Shown here: one piece after another, positions 28,456-41,605 of the stretch
How positions within the stretch are numbered: the stretch's first letter is position 1
How the letters are laid out: every line of letters begins with the position of its first letter
Assembly (NCBI GenBank): GCA_964016885.1
Contig: OZ024749.1
Span: 62,001-126,000, forward strand
DNA from: Eledone cirrhosa
Taxonomy: Eukaryota
Length of the DNA: 64,000 bases
Reading direction: 5' to 3'
Position numbers and translations under genes: made by a program
The notes under the pieces: model-generated
Database searches by the model: none
What the model was told of the DNA's origin: nothing
The model's input: the letters and a program-made list of their open reading frames with translations, nothing else

Positions 28456-29397
28456 TAAGACTTGTTGAAATTTAAACATCAACTAGGTAGATATGTATGC
28501 ATGTGTGTGCAGCTATCCATCTATTTGTGTGTGCTTGTGTTCCTTTTCACTTATGTGTGCATCTGTATATGCTTAGTATTTAGATGCACATCATCTCCAA
28601 TGTTTCAAATATTTTTTATCATACTTACATCGATTATACTTCGAATTACAAATATAGTCGTCTTCTTTCTATTTCTCTAAAGCAAAGCTTCACAACTAAT
28701 ATGAACGTATAGTCAGGGTCGACCATGTGCAAATGTTTCCTTATTTCTGCATAGAGAGTAATATAGATAAACAAATTATATTATCTTCACCAACAAACGC
28801 TATATTGTCTCTCACTTTCAAGGATACGCTTTTGCAATAAAACAACAGGAAATAAAGACAAACTATCTAATTCCCTAATATATAATATTATATTGGTATC
28901 TGCTTGGCAGCGAACTCCAACTGCTGGGCGTCGTCTGTTATGCTTCCGATTCATTGCTTTTCACCGGAACAATCCACAACTACTCTTTCTATGTCTTAAA
29001 ACGTTTGCTGTAACTCCCAATGTTTACTCTCGGGGATGACCTTTCTAGGGATTGCATTCTTCACACTTTTCGCCACATCTTTCCACAGCTTCTTCACATC
29101 GGTCACATCTTCAATGTTCAATCTGCACAATTTCCACTTCTTTTCACATCTAGGTCTTTTGTGTACATCCCTATCTATTCTGTGACTCAGTTAGTCTTAG
29201 TTTCAAGTTCTTATATTGTAAAATAATCTTTCAACATGGGAGACAATATAGCACTTGTTGCTGAAGATAGACTTTTATCCTCTATATTATTCTCACTCTC
29301 CAGCTTCCAGGTAACATATCCATGCATAATATTTGTGTGTGTGTGTCGTAATTTGTCTATATTTGAGAAAAGGATAATGATAAAAAGATATATACAG

Positions 29398-29700
29398 GGA
29401 GGAGGAGAGTGACTTGGTGGTGGAACAATATGGTAGATGAGGCAGTTAAGGTTAAGCGACAGGCATGGAAAGAATGGAAGAACAGGGCACATTACATAGA
29501 GACCAGGAGGGAAGCTAGGCGACAAGTATACTTAGCTAGAAGGGAGGTAGAGGATAGGAAATTCAAGCATGTTTTGCAACACGAGGAACAGAAACAGGAG
29601 GTGTTCCAGATTACGAGGCAGTGTGTCAGAGAGAATTGTGATGTCATTGGAGAGAAGTGTTTCCAGAATGATAAAGGTGAGCTTGCATTCACAAGTGCCC
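29398..29700 (+). mobile_element. RTE linker fragment closely related to the intact family
   Basis: TWWWNNMVDEAVK...REARRQVYLARRE matches 55117-55425. Confidence 0.88.
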
Positions 29701-29739
29701 TATCCATATAGGAGGTAGCAGAGCGGAAGCCAAACATAG

Positions 29740-31190
29740 GCCAGTCTCCCTGACGTCACATATCAGTAAGGTCATGGAGCGAATCGTCAGAAAGAAACTG
29801 ATCACTTTCCTCGAGGAAAATGACTGCCTGACTAACACACAGCATGGCTTTCACCCAGGAAGAAGCTGCCTTACACAGCTGCTACATCATTAAGACTGGG
29901 TACTGAAACAACTGCTTGACAGCTCACATGTGGACATGATATATCTGGACTTTGCGAAGGCCTTTGACAAAGTCGACCACGGAATGATATGTCACAAACT
30001 ACACGGACTCACCATAACTAGAAAAGTAGGTGAGTGGCTGCACGACTTCTTAAAGGAAAGAAGCCAGACAGTCGCAGCAAACGGGGGCCCTCTCAAAGGA
30101 ATTATCAATAACAAGTGGGGTTCCCCAAGGCACAGTCCTGGGACCACTACTGTTTTTGGTGGCTCTCTCAGACATACCCTCTGTAGTACATACAACAACA
30201 TCCCTCACTAGCTATGCTGATGACACTAAGGTAGCACAGGAAATCAAAAACCCGGCTGACTCTGCCCTTTTACAACAAGGGCTGTATGCCATATACAAAT
30301 GGGCAGAAGACAACAACATGCAGTTTAATGCTGGCAAATTCCAAGTGCTACGCAATTCCTGCAAACACAAATACAGTACAACACAGTTACACCGGACCAG
30401 GAGGGACCGATATGACCGATATCCCTGGGTAAAAATCGATATGAGACTTGGGTATAGACATGAGCGATGATGCATCTTTTTCCTCTCACATCATGAAAGT
30501 GGCGACAATGTGCAGACGACTCGCTGGCTGGATCTTGAAGACTTTCCGGACAAGAGACCGAGACACCATGTTGACACTATGGAGGACATTTGTCCTAAGC
30601 CGCCTGGACTATTGCTCCCAGTTGTGGTCACCCCATAGTGTCAAACTAACCACGGAGCTTGAGGCAATCCAGCGAAGCTACACCAAGAAGATTGTGACTA
30701 TGAAGGAGATAAGCTACTGGGCGAGGCTAAAAGAACTGAACCTCTACTCCTTGGAATGAAGACGGGAGAGATACGCAGTGATCTACATGTGGAAAATCCT
30801 GGAGGGACTAGCACCAAACTTTGGCATTGGCAGCTGGACCAACTGCCGAACAGGACGTCATTGTGTGGTGCCAAAGATCCCGTCTTCCATATCTAGAATA
30901 AGGAGCAGATATTGCAAAAGTCTGGGGTTCAAGGACCCTCAACTCTTCAACAAGCTGCCAAGGGATCTGAGAGATCTGCATGGTGTGGATGTCTTCAAGA
31001 AACATGTCGACACCTTGCTATACAAGATCCTAGATGAGCCCACAGCAAGGCACGAGGGAAACCTAAGGGCAGCAGCAATGAACTCCCTGTTGCACCAGTG
31101 GTCAACCAATACAGGCTGGAGATTAAATGTGTAGCAACAAGGGCGGTGCCCCAGCATAGCCTCAGCCGGATGGCTGGAACAGGTAAAAAG
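29740..31190 (+). mobile_element. Degenerate CR1/L2-group LINE, RT and 3' end
   Basis: QHGF, YLDFAKAFDKVDH, GVPQGTVLGPLLF, SYADDTK, LDYCSQLWSP, LEAIQR, LNLYSLE; frameshifts and stops. Confidence 0.88.
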
Positions 31191-31238
31191 AGTATATATA
31201 TACATATTTATATATATATATATATATACATATATATA

Positions 31239-31610
31239 CAAAGTGTTAAAACGATCAAATTTTAGTTTAGAACATTTATTTGCTGACAATTGTTTCTTCC
31301 AGAAACATGTTACTAAAATCCTATCATTCAGAACATTTAAGATACATAATTGTTATTAGTGTCAAAGGCATCATGTGGAGAATCAGGAGTTAAAAAGATG
31401 TTCTGCTTGAAAGAACACAATTACAGGCAGCACTGGTTGGAAGTGTAATAGGTATAAGTAAAAAGCGCAAGCAAAAAAATCACAGGCATAAAAGTTATAA
31501 GCAATGTTTCAACATTCCTTATGCTCCGATGATTCCAGACTTCCCTCTGGAAGAAACAATTGTCAGCAAATAAATGTTCTAAAGTAAAATTTGATCATTT
31601 TAACACTTTG
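31239..31610. mobile_element. MITE, Tc1/mariner-type, 372 bp, ~65-bp TIRs, TA flanks
   Basis: TA|CAAAGTGTTAAAA...TTCTTCCAGA (31239-31303) is the reverse complement of 31546-31610 (...TTTTAACACTTTG|TA) with 2 mismatches. Confidence 0.9.
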
Positions 31611-31699
31611 TATCTCGGTTCTGTAAAACACTTGAAAACTTGCATTGAGCCTTTTGTCATACCGGTAACCTTCCAGATCATTATATGGAAGGTCATCTT

Positions 31700-31910
31700 C
31701 AGGGCTAAGAGAAAGAAAATACAGCGATCTGAAGAAAGTGAAGAAGTTTGGCATGCCCGTCTAGCTGCTAACAGAGCCCAAACAGCTTTACCAAGAGCAC
31801 ACAGTTTGGATGAAAGGGAACAAAGGACTACTGCTACTCGAGAACAACAAATTAAGGAACAACAGCAAATCAGACGAAATGCTAATCAAGCACATCGTTT
31901 TACTGCCTGA
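31700..31910 (+). pseudogene. Possible Helitron RepHel N-terminal (STPR-like) remnant
   Basis: RSEESEEVWHARLAANRAQ...EREQR charged helical segment; no Rep or helicase motifs nearby. Confidence 0.3.
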
Positions 31911-32723
31911 GCAGGAGAACAAGCCACAAGTAGAATAAACTGGCTGATGGGGGCTTTTTCTGATGGGGTTATGTTAGCCATCCGAAACAAAGAGGAGCCC
32001 TTGCATTCTCGTCCATGAGGTGAATTTGTCTTTATGTATGTGTACGTATGTGTGTGTATGTATGTATATGCATGTATGTGTATGTATGTATGTATATGCA
32101 TGTATGTATATGCATGTATGTATATGCATGTATGTATATGCATGTATGTGTATGTATGTATGTATGTGTATGTATGTATGTATATGTATATATGTATATG
32201 TATATGTATGTATGTATATATGTGTGTATGTATGTATGTGTGTATGTATGTATGTGTGTATGTATGTATATGTGTGTATGTATGTATATGTGTGTATGTA
32301 TGTATATATATATGTGTGTGTATGTAAATATGTATGTGTGTATGTATATATGTATGTGTGTGTATATATGTATGTGTATATATATATGTATGTGTATATA
32401 TATATGTATGTGTATATATATATGTATGTGTATATATATATGTATGTGTATATATGTATGTATGTGTATATATGTATGTATGTGTATATATGTATGTATG
32501 TGTATATGTGTGTGTGTGTATGTATGTGTGTGTGTGTATGTATGTATGTATGTATATGTATGTATGTATATGTATATATACTTGTGTATATGCTTATGTA
32601 TGCGTATGTATGTATATGTATATATATATGTATGTATGTATATGTATGTATATGTGTATGTATATGTGTATGTATGTATGTATGTGTGTGTATGTATGTA
32701 TGTATGTGTATGTATATGTATAT

Positions 32724-33051
32724 GGAGGCACATGGCTTAGTGGTTAGAGCATTGGCCTGGCAATCGAAAGGTTGTGAGTTCAATTCTCAGACCGGATGAT
32801 GTGTTGGTTCCTTGAGCAAAACACTTTATTTCACATTGCTCCAGTTTACTCAGCTGTAGAAATGAGATGATAGGTACTAGGGTCCATATCATTCCACTGC
32901 AAAGTGGTCGTGGAGGTGCCACGGCAAAAAAGCACCCAGCACTCACTGTAAATGAGGTTGGTGTTAGGAAGGGCATCCAGCTGTAGAAATCAAGCCAGAA
33001 TCAGTTCCCGTCCCACCCTTGCAAGCAGGGAAAAAGCGGACTTAAAACGAA

Positions 33052-33083
<32 letters not shown>
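32724..33083 (+). mobile_element. tRNA-derived CORE-like SINE with RTE tail, unit 1
   Basis: A box TGGCTTAGTGG, B box GTTCAATTC, (GAT)n tail; embedded in TATG microsatellite. Confidence 0.88.
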
Positions 33084-33084
<1 letters not shown>

Positions 33085-33689
33085 TATGTATGTATGTGTA
33101 TATGTATGTATGTATGTATATGTATGTATGTGTATGAGATGCAGCTTGGTTTTGTGCCGCTGAAAAGTGCAACAGATGCCCTCTTCTTAGTGAGACAACT
33201 ACAAAAGAGGTTCTTAGAGAAAAATAAGCCACTATACTTAGCTTTGGACATAGAGAAGGCTTTTGATAGAGAACTCTTATAAATGACAACATATATATAC
33301 GTGTGTGTATATATATGTTTTTTTTAAAACTATATATTTATTACTCCCTTAAGCAGAAGAAATATATTCCCAGATATCGAAGATTACCACAATAACTAGG
33401 GAGCGGAAGTCAAAAGATGCTGGACATTGCTGCTGAGGGTAGGATGACCTGATGAGCTGGCTCCTGTGGTGGATACCTAAACATAGTAAGACCCAAGTGG
33501 GATGACTGAGGTTCACCTACATACATCAGATGTCTCTGGATCTCCAGCTAGAGATTAATGATCTCAGGAATGCCATGAAAAATCGTGACATCTAAAAAAG
33601 AAGAGTAGAATTGTTCTGGCCAATCCACCTGACCTAATAAACAATAATAATATTAATATATATTGATGAAAATTAATTATGGTGAAATA

Positions 33690-35729
33690 TCTTAGAAATC
33701 ATTCTCAGAGGTTTTGTATTGTAATCCACACTTGCTCATTGTGGCTTCTGATGCAGACATCATGTCCGCCATCAGGTCCTTCCCAGCTAGCAGCTGCGGA
33801 GATGTTGATGGTCTCTGACCAGGCCTCCTCAAGGAGTTCATATCTCCCCTCTCCGCTGAGGCCGGGCGCCGCCTTCTGAGTGCAATTGTGGCGCTCACCA
33901 ATAGGCTCATCCATGGCGCCCTGGACTCTTATGCTCGAGGCCTCTTTTTTTCGGCCAGCCTCACCGCTCTCAGGAAGAAAGAGGATGGCATACGCCCCAT
34001 TGCTGTGGGCAATGTCTTCCGGAGGCTGGCTGCCAAGGTAATCTGCAAGTCCGTAACACTCGGAACCGGCATCCAGGGCCTCCAGCCACCTCATTGTCAA
34101 GTTTGACATGAGGAATGCCTTCAACTTTTTACGCTGGGATCATCTGCTCGAGGCCTGCCTCAGCCGAGCCCCCTCTGCCTACCTGTCATATGGAGCCCCA
34201 AGCATGCGCCATGCTGCTGATACGGTCATACCCTTGGCTACTGGGATCCAACAGGGCAACCCTTTGGGACCCCTCCTGTTCACCCTTGGTATTGACCACA
34301 TCGCCTGGAGTATAACGGCCCCTCTCAACGTTTGGTATCTGGATGATGCTACTTTGGGTGGGCCCGTACAGGCGGTCTGCCATGACCTTCAATCGGTGGT
34401 TCCTGCCCTGGCGGGAATCGACCTCCAGGTCAACTCAGCCAAGTCGGAGGTGGTGAATGTCAGCCTCGATGCTGCAAGCTTTGCAGTCTCCGTCTTGGAC
34501 GTGCGGTCCATTCTCCGCCAGGTTCAGGTGACCCCCCAAAGAGGATGCCCTCACCGATCCACCCGCCGGCCATCCGCTCCTCCATCAAGTCCAGACTCTC
34601 ACGAGCCGACTGGGCTTGATTGATGGCCACCCAATTCTCTTTCTGCTGAGGAACTGCTACGCCATGCCGAAGCTCCTCTATACACTCTGTGCTACACCTA
34701 AACTTGTATCCGAGCAGCAGCCGATGAGATATGCAACTTTACCTGTCAGGTATGGCGGCCTTCGCCTCCAGTCCCCGATCTCACTAGCTTTGCCGGCATA
34801 TCTTTTGTCGGTAACCTCGTACCACGTCCTCCTCAGCAGGGTTCTTCAAAACACAACAGAACCCTCTGTGTTCAGAGAACGCGTCGCCGCCTGTGAGACG
34901 TGGGACCGGCTGGGACTTAGCCCAGTAGACGTTCCTCCTCCTTCTCCCCCTGTTGACGTCAAGTCCCCCCCAACACACTTGGGATGCCATCCAGTGCAGC
35001 CTGGCCTCAGACAGGCTCACGTGCCAGCTCGACCAGCACCGCCTTGTTTGTTTTCGTGCAGCCTCCAAACCCCACAGTGGGGCCTGGCTCCATGCCCTGC
35101 CCTCCTTCTCCACTCGCACGCAGCAAGACAACAATAGCTTGCGCATCGGCGTTTCCCTGAGGCTCGGCCTCACACCAATGCCGCTGCCGTTCCACCATGG
35201 ACTCTTTCGGCCTCCACCCGCTTTCCTGTCGCCACAGTGCCAGCCGCAATCCACGCCATGCTGCCCTCAACAAAGTCATTAAGCATGGCTTGGACGCTGC
35301 AGGCTTCCCTTCCCAGCTCGAGGGGACGGCAAAAGGCTAGATGGCATGACCATCTTCCCGTTCCGCGGTGGCAAACCCCTCGTCTGGGATGCCACTTGCA
35401 CCGACACTTTCTGCAGCCGCAACCTGGTGCAGTCTGCGACTGGCCCAGGTTCTGCTGCACGTCAGGCTGAGGGGGCCAAACTCCTCACATATCGTTCACT
35501 CTCCGACAGGTTTGCGGTCGTACCCCTGGAAGTGGAGACTTCTGGTGTCCTCGGCCCCAGGGCTACCTCCTTACTCACCACCATAGGCGCTGAGCTGGCC
35601 AGCCGCAGGTGTGAGCCCCGCGAGTTGGAGTGGCTTTTCCAGCGCGTCTCCCTTGCCGTGCTCCGGGGAAACGCCTTCTCCATTCTGTCCGCCGGGGCTG
35701 TGGGTGGGTCCCATCGCGTACCGTTATGA
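33690..35729 (+). mobile_element. Degenerate CRE-like non-LTR retrotransposon (RT + restriction-like endonuclease), copy 1
   Basis: ALRKKEDGIRPIAVGNVFRRL, DMRNAFN, GIQQGNPLGPLLF, WYLDD, LPVRYGGL, SGAWLHALP, DGMTIFPF..LVWDATCTDT, PLEVETSG, QRVSLAVLRGNA; GC-rich; frameshifted. Confidence 0.88.
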
Positions 35730-36722
35730 ATGTATACAAAACAACTAAATCTCTTAAATAACTTCACTTATATCCAAAACATGATTTGTATATACATCAA
35801 CAGTGACTCATTATTATACGCCAGTCACGACCCCACTGCAAAAACGATATCTATATAACAACCCCACCGTAAAACTACTCTTCCCCACTTTACAAACACT
35901 TTATATTATTTGTCATTAAGGTTTCTTAAAATAAATATATATACGTATGTGTAGTAATTAGTACGGAGACTGAGAGAGAAGGGGCGAGTGTGTCTTCATG
36001 GAGGGCACATGGGACCAGCAAAGTCCTAAAAGTAGAGACCAGTAAATGAGATAAGGTCCTAGCTATGTTAAGAATATAAATAAGAAACATGTTCTATACA
36101 TTTAAGAAGACAAGAGAAACATGTTCTAAACATTTAAGAAATAATTATTTACCTCTTTCATGTCGGTAATATAGCGGTGTTATAAAACTAATTATAACGA
36201 CCGGTGTTAAAATAGAGAGAGATAGACAGATAAATGTGTGTCACACTCTCACCCTCTCTTTAAATCTTTTACACTATCTAACTCGTACTTCTCACACTCT
36301 CTTTAAATCTTTTACTCTATCTACCTCTCATTTCTATCTGTGTATGTATGTATGTATCTGTCTATGTGTAACTCGGTGTACTGGAGCAATATGAAGTGAA
36401 GTGTCTTGCTCAAGAAGACATTTTGTGGAGTTATATCATCGTTTCTTGTTATAAAGCTACTTATACTACCGGCGTAACAGTGGCTATAGGTGATAGATGT
36501 AGAAATAAAAGGCTGTAACAGCGATATAAATATAGATGAAATAGTTTACCACGAGACTAAGAATGAATGTTTAATGGAATTAAGTGTAATCTAATAGGAA
36601 ATAAGAGGCTAGAGCAGCGAAATGTTTACGTAAAATAAAAGAACAACAAACAAGAGTGCAACATTGAAATTTTTTTTTTTTTTGTCGATATAAGCGTTAT
36701 TTTATGCGCGATTTGCCTTGCT

Positions 36723-36808
36723 GCCGGCGCTGCTCAGTCAGTAGCAGCCCCGCTTACGAAGTTCAGGAGCCAACGACTTTACATGGTTCGAATCTCACCC
36801 TCTCCGCT
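36723..36808 (+). other. tRNA-like Pol III head, probably a SINE 5' part (also 42601-42686 and 48595-48680)
   Basis: A-box-like TGCTCAGTCAGTAG and B box GGTTCGAATC; no clean acceptor stem. Confidence 0.55.
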
Positions 36809-36939
36809 CTTGTCGAGTTATCTCCTACTCTTTTTACTTAGTTCCAGGTCATTAAAATAAAGCAAAGAGGGCGCGGCGATCGGCATATGCACTGGCTACA
36901 ATGTTGAACTTTGGTACTGACTGCGTAGTTGAACGTTCC

Positions 36940-37011
36940 ACATACCAACCGCCCAACTGGCCAGTCAACCGCATATGCGGCTGGCTGGCCGGTTGGGTAG
37001 TTGGCATATGT
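36940..37011. other. 72-nt GC-rich hairpin (also 42818-42889 and 48812-48883)
   Basis: ACATACCAACCGCCCAACTGGCCAGTCAACCGCAT pairs with ATGCGGCTGGCTGGCCGGTTGGGTAGTTGGCATATGT: 3 G.T pairs, 2 mismatches, one 2-nt bulge. Confidence 0.8.
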
Positions 37012-37558
37012 ACTGGCTACCATGCTGAACATTGTACTGACTGTCAAGTTGAACGTTCTAACCCTCTCTTTACATCTATTACTCTATCTACCGCTTATTT
37101 CTCCCCCTCTCTTTACTTCTATAACTCTATCTCCCACTCTCTTTACATCTATTACAGTGTCTCCCTGTATATATACACGTATATATGCACTAGATTTTAT
37201 AAGAAATCTACGTAATAATATAATTAACAATAGTTGATGAATTAGACCAGAGTTAATTAAACAATAAATATGAATGAAATAGCAGTAGATGGCGAAACTT
37301 GAGTGTTGTGTGTGCATACATATATATGAGGTAAACTGGTTCAAATACTGTCAGGATTATATTGGATCAAAGACTGTATTAAATAGAAAGTAAAAAATGA
37401 AGTGAAAATATAAAAACAAACTGAAAATTTCCCCATCCCTAGAAAAATTCATATCTTGTTATATATAGATAATTGGCGCTTTAAATTGAATAAATATTCA
37501 TTTATATATATATGTACACTGATATATATGTGTGTATATATATATGTGTATATATATA

Positions 37559-37601
<43 letters not shown>

Positions 37602-37604
37602 ATA

Positions 37605-38150
37605 TCAACTTCATCATACGTCCGCTTTTCCATGCTTGCAAGGGTGGGGTGGGAGCTGATTCTGGATTGGTTTCTACAGCTGGGTGCCCTTCCTGACGCC
37701 AACCCCGTTTGCAGTGAGTGCTGGGTGCTTTTTTTTTTCCGTGGCACCTCCACGTCAGCTTTACAGTGTGGGCTGGGTGCTTTTTTGCCGCGGCGCCTCC
37801 ACGACCACTTTGCGGTGGGGTGGTGGGGTGGTATGTGTATACCCAGCCCATTGTCATTTGCCACACAGAAAAGCGTATAGCATCGTTCTTTACCCACGAT
37901 GAATCTAGCAGACCCACCCCTCCACCTGGTCTCTTGAATACAACAAACATCGACCTCCTTACGTTCAAGCATTTCTACAACCTCGTTAGAGCCACCCTAT
38001 AAGGTGCCTACATTAATGGTACCAACTCTGAAGTTTTGGATTGCGTTTGGAGGTTGGGAGCGGTGGGGAGCGGGGATGGGGTTAGGGTTAGCCATCCGCG
38101 GCCGAAACAAAGAGGAGGAGCCCTTGCATTCTCGTCCATGAGGTGGATTT
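37605..38150 (-). mobile_element. Internally deleted RTE (5' end fused to 3'UTR); also ~43521-44066 and truncated ~49490-49830
   Basis: ORF start MANPNP...FRVGTINVG...[13 protein letters not shown]...NDNGLG joins directly to the 3'UTR repeat and GGAAAAGCGGACGTATGATGA tail. Confidence 0.8.
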
Positions 38151-38627
38151 GTCTTTATGTATGTATATGTATATATGTATGTATGTGTGTGTATGTATGT
38201 ATATGTATATATGAGTGTATATGTGTATATGTATGTATATGTATGTGTATGTATGTGTATATATGTGTATATGTATGTGTTTGTATATATGTGTGTGTAT
38301 GTATATATGTGTGTGTATGTATATATATATATGTATGTATGTGTATATGTATGTATATGTATGTATGTGTATATGTATATATGTGTGTATGTATGTATAT
38401 ATGTATGTATGTGTATATATGTATGTATGTATATGTATATATACGTGTGTATATGTATATATACTTATGTGTATATGCTTATGTATGTGTATGTATGTAT
38501 ATTTATATTATGTATATATATATATGTATGTATGTATATGTATGTATATGTGTATGTATGTGTATGTATGTATGTGTATATATGTATATGTATGTATATG
38601 TATGTGTATGTATATGTATATGTATAT

Positions 38628-38981
38628 GGAGGCACATGGCTTAGTGGTTCGAGCATTGGCCTGGCAATCGAAAGGTTGTGAGTTCAATTCTCAGACCGGG
38701 TGATGTGTTGTTTCCTTGAGCAAGACACTTTATTTCACATTGCTCCAGTTTACTCAGCTGTAGAAATGAGATGATAGGGACTGGGGTCCATATCATTCCA
38801 CTGCAAAGTGGTCGTGGAGGTGCCACGGCAAAAAAGCACTCAGCACTCACTGTAAATGAGGTTGGTGTTAGGAAGGGCATCCAGCTGTAGAAATCAAGCC
38901 AGAATCAGTTCCCGTCCCACCCTTACAAGCAGGGAAAAAGCGGACTTAAAACGAAATGATGATGATGATGATGATGATGAT
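38628..38981 (+). mobile_element. tRNA-derived CORE-like SINE with RTE tail, unit 2
   Basis: Near-identical to 32724-33083. Confidence 0.88.
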
Positions 38982-39591
38982 GTATGTATGTATGTGTATA
39001 TGTATGTATGTATGTATGTATATGTATGTATGTGTATGAGATGCAGTTTGGTTTTGTGCCACTGAAAAGTGCAACAGATGCCCTCTTCTTAGTGAGACAA
39101 CTACAAAAGAGGTTCTTAGAGAAAAATAAGCCACTATACTTAGCTTTGGACATAGAGAAGGCTTTTGATAGAGAACTCTTATAAATGACAACATATATAT
39201 ATGTGTGTGTATATATATGTTTTTTTTAAAACTATATATTTATTACTCCCTTAAGCAGAAGAAATATATTCCCAGATATCGAAGATTACCACAATAACTA
39301 GGGAGCGGAAATCAATAGATGCTGGACATTGCTGCTGAGGGAAGGATGACCTGATGAGCTGGCTCCTGTGGTGGATACCTAAACATAGTAAGAGCCAAGT
39401 GGGATGACTGAGGTTCACCTACATACATCAGATGTCTCTGGATCTCCAGCTGGAGATTAATGATCTCAGGAATGCCATGAAAAATCGTGACATCTAAAAA
39501 AGAAGAGTAGAATTGTTCTGGCCAATCCACCTGACCTAATAAACAATAATAATATTAATATATATTGATGAAAATTAATTATGGTGAAATA

Positions 39592-41605
39592 TCTTAGAAA
39601 TCATTCTCAGAGGTTTTGTATTGTAATCCACACTTGCTCGTTGTGGCTTCTGATGCAGACATCATGTCCGCCATCAGGTCCTTCCCAGCTAGCAGCTGCG
39701 GAGATGTTGATGGTCTCTAACCAGGCCTCCTCAAGGAGTTGATATCTCCCCTCTCCGCTGAGGCCGGGCGCCGCCTTCTGAGTGCAATTGTGGCGCTCAC
39801 CAATAGGCTCATCCATGGCGCCCTGGACTCTTATGCTCGAGGCCTCTTTTTTTCGGCCAGCCTCACCGCTCTCAGGAAGAAAGAGGATGGCATACGCCCC
39901 ATTGCTGTGGGCAATGTCTTCCGGAGGCTGGCTGCCAAGGTAATCTGCAAGTCCGTAACACTCGGAACCGGCATCCAGGGCCTCCAGCCACCTCATTGTC
40001 AAGTTTGACATGAGGAATGCCTTCAACTCTTTACGCTGGGATCATCTGCTCGAGGCCTGCCTCAGCCGAGCCCCCTCTGCCTACCTGTCATATGGAGCCC
40101 CAAGCATGCGCCATGCTGCTGATACGGTCATACCCTTGGCTACTGGGATCCAACAGGGCAACCCTTTGGGACCCCTCCTGTTCACCCTTGGTATTGACCA
40201 CATCGCCTGGAGTATAACGGCCCCTCTCAACGTTTGGTATCTGGATGATGCTACTTTGGGTGGGCCCGTACAGGCGGTCTGCCATGACCTTCAATCGGTG
40301 GTTCCTGCCCTGGCGGGAATCGACCTCCAGGTCAACTCAGCCAAGTCGGAGGTGGTGAATGTCAGCCTCGATGCTGCAAGCTTTGCAGTCTCCGTCTTGG
40401 ACGTGCGGTCCATTCTCCGCCAGGTTCAGGTGACCCCCCAAAGAGGATGCCCTCACCGATCCACCCGCCGGCCATCCGCTCCTCCATCAAGTCCAGACTC
40501 TCACGAGCCGACTGGGCTTGATTGATGGCCACCCAGTTCTCTTTCTGCTGAGGAACTGCTACGCCATGCCGAAGCTCCTCTATACACTCTGTGCTACACC
40601 TAAACTTGTATCCGAGCAGCAGCCGATGAGATATGCAACTTTACCTGTCAGGTATGGCGGCCTTCGCCTCCAGTCCCCGATCTCACTAGCTTTGCCGGCA
40701 TATCTTTCGTCGGTAACCTCGTACCACGTCCTCTTCAGCAGGGTTCTTCAAAACACAACAGAACCCTCTGTGTTCAGAGAACGCGTGGCCGCCTGTGAGA
40801 CGTGGGACCGGCTGGGACTTAGCCCAGTAGACGTTCCTCCTCCTTCTCCCCCTGTTGACGTCAAGTCCCCCCCAACACACTTGGGATGCCATCCAGTGCA
40901 GCCTGGCCTCAGACAGGCTCACGTGCCAGCTCGACCAGCACCGCCTTGTTTGTTTTCGTGCAGCCTCCAAACCCCACAGTGGGGCCTGGCTCCATGCCCT
41001 GCCCTCCTTCTCCACTCGCACGCAGCTAGACAACAATAGCTTGCGCATCGGCGTTTCCCTGAGGCTCGGCCTCACACCAATGTCGCTGCCGTTCCACCAT
41101 GGACTCTTTCGGCCTCCACCCGCAATCCACGCCATGCTGCCCTCAACGAAGTCATTAAGCATGGCTTGGACGCTGCAGGCTTCCCTTCCCAGCTCGAGGG
41201 GACGGCAAAAGGCTAGATGGCATGACCATCTTCCCGTTCCGCGGTGGCAAACCCCTCGTCTGGGATGCCACTTGCACCGACACTTTCTGCAGCCGCAACC
41301 TGGTGCAGTCTGCGACTGGCCCAGGTTCTGCTGCACGTCAGGCTGAGGGGGCCAAACTCCTCACATATCGTTCACTCTCCGACAGGTTTGCGGTCGTACC
41401 CCTGGAAGTGGAGACTTCTGGTGTCCTCGGCCCCAGGGCTACCTCCTTACTCACCACCATAGGCGCTGAGCTGGCCAGCCGCAGGTGTGAGCCCCGCGAG
41501 TTGGAGTGGCTTTTCCAGCGCGTCTCCCTTGCCGTGCTCCGGGGAAACGCCTTCTCCATTCTGTCCGCCGGGGCTGTGGGTGGGTCCCATCGCGTACCGT
41601 TATGA
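39592..41605 (+). mobile_element. Degenerate CRE-like non-LTR retrotransposon, copy 2
   Basis: Same motifs as copy 1; 26-bp deletion near 41120. Confidence 0.88.

Noticed and set aside
28880-29160. Possible minus-strand LINE linker remnant
   Set aside because: Too degenerate; no diagnostic motif recovered.
33445-33490. CTGATGAG hammerhead-like motif (in each 5.9-kb unit)
   Set aside because: No stem II followed by GAAA.
36723-36808. Functional tRNA gene (also the SINE heads at 22368, 32724, 38628, 44582)
   Set aside because: A/B boxes are present but the cloverleaf, especially the acceptor stem, is not; better explained as SINE heads.
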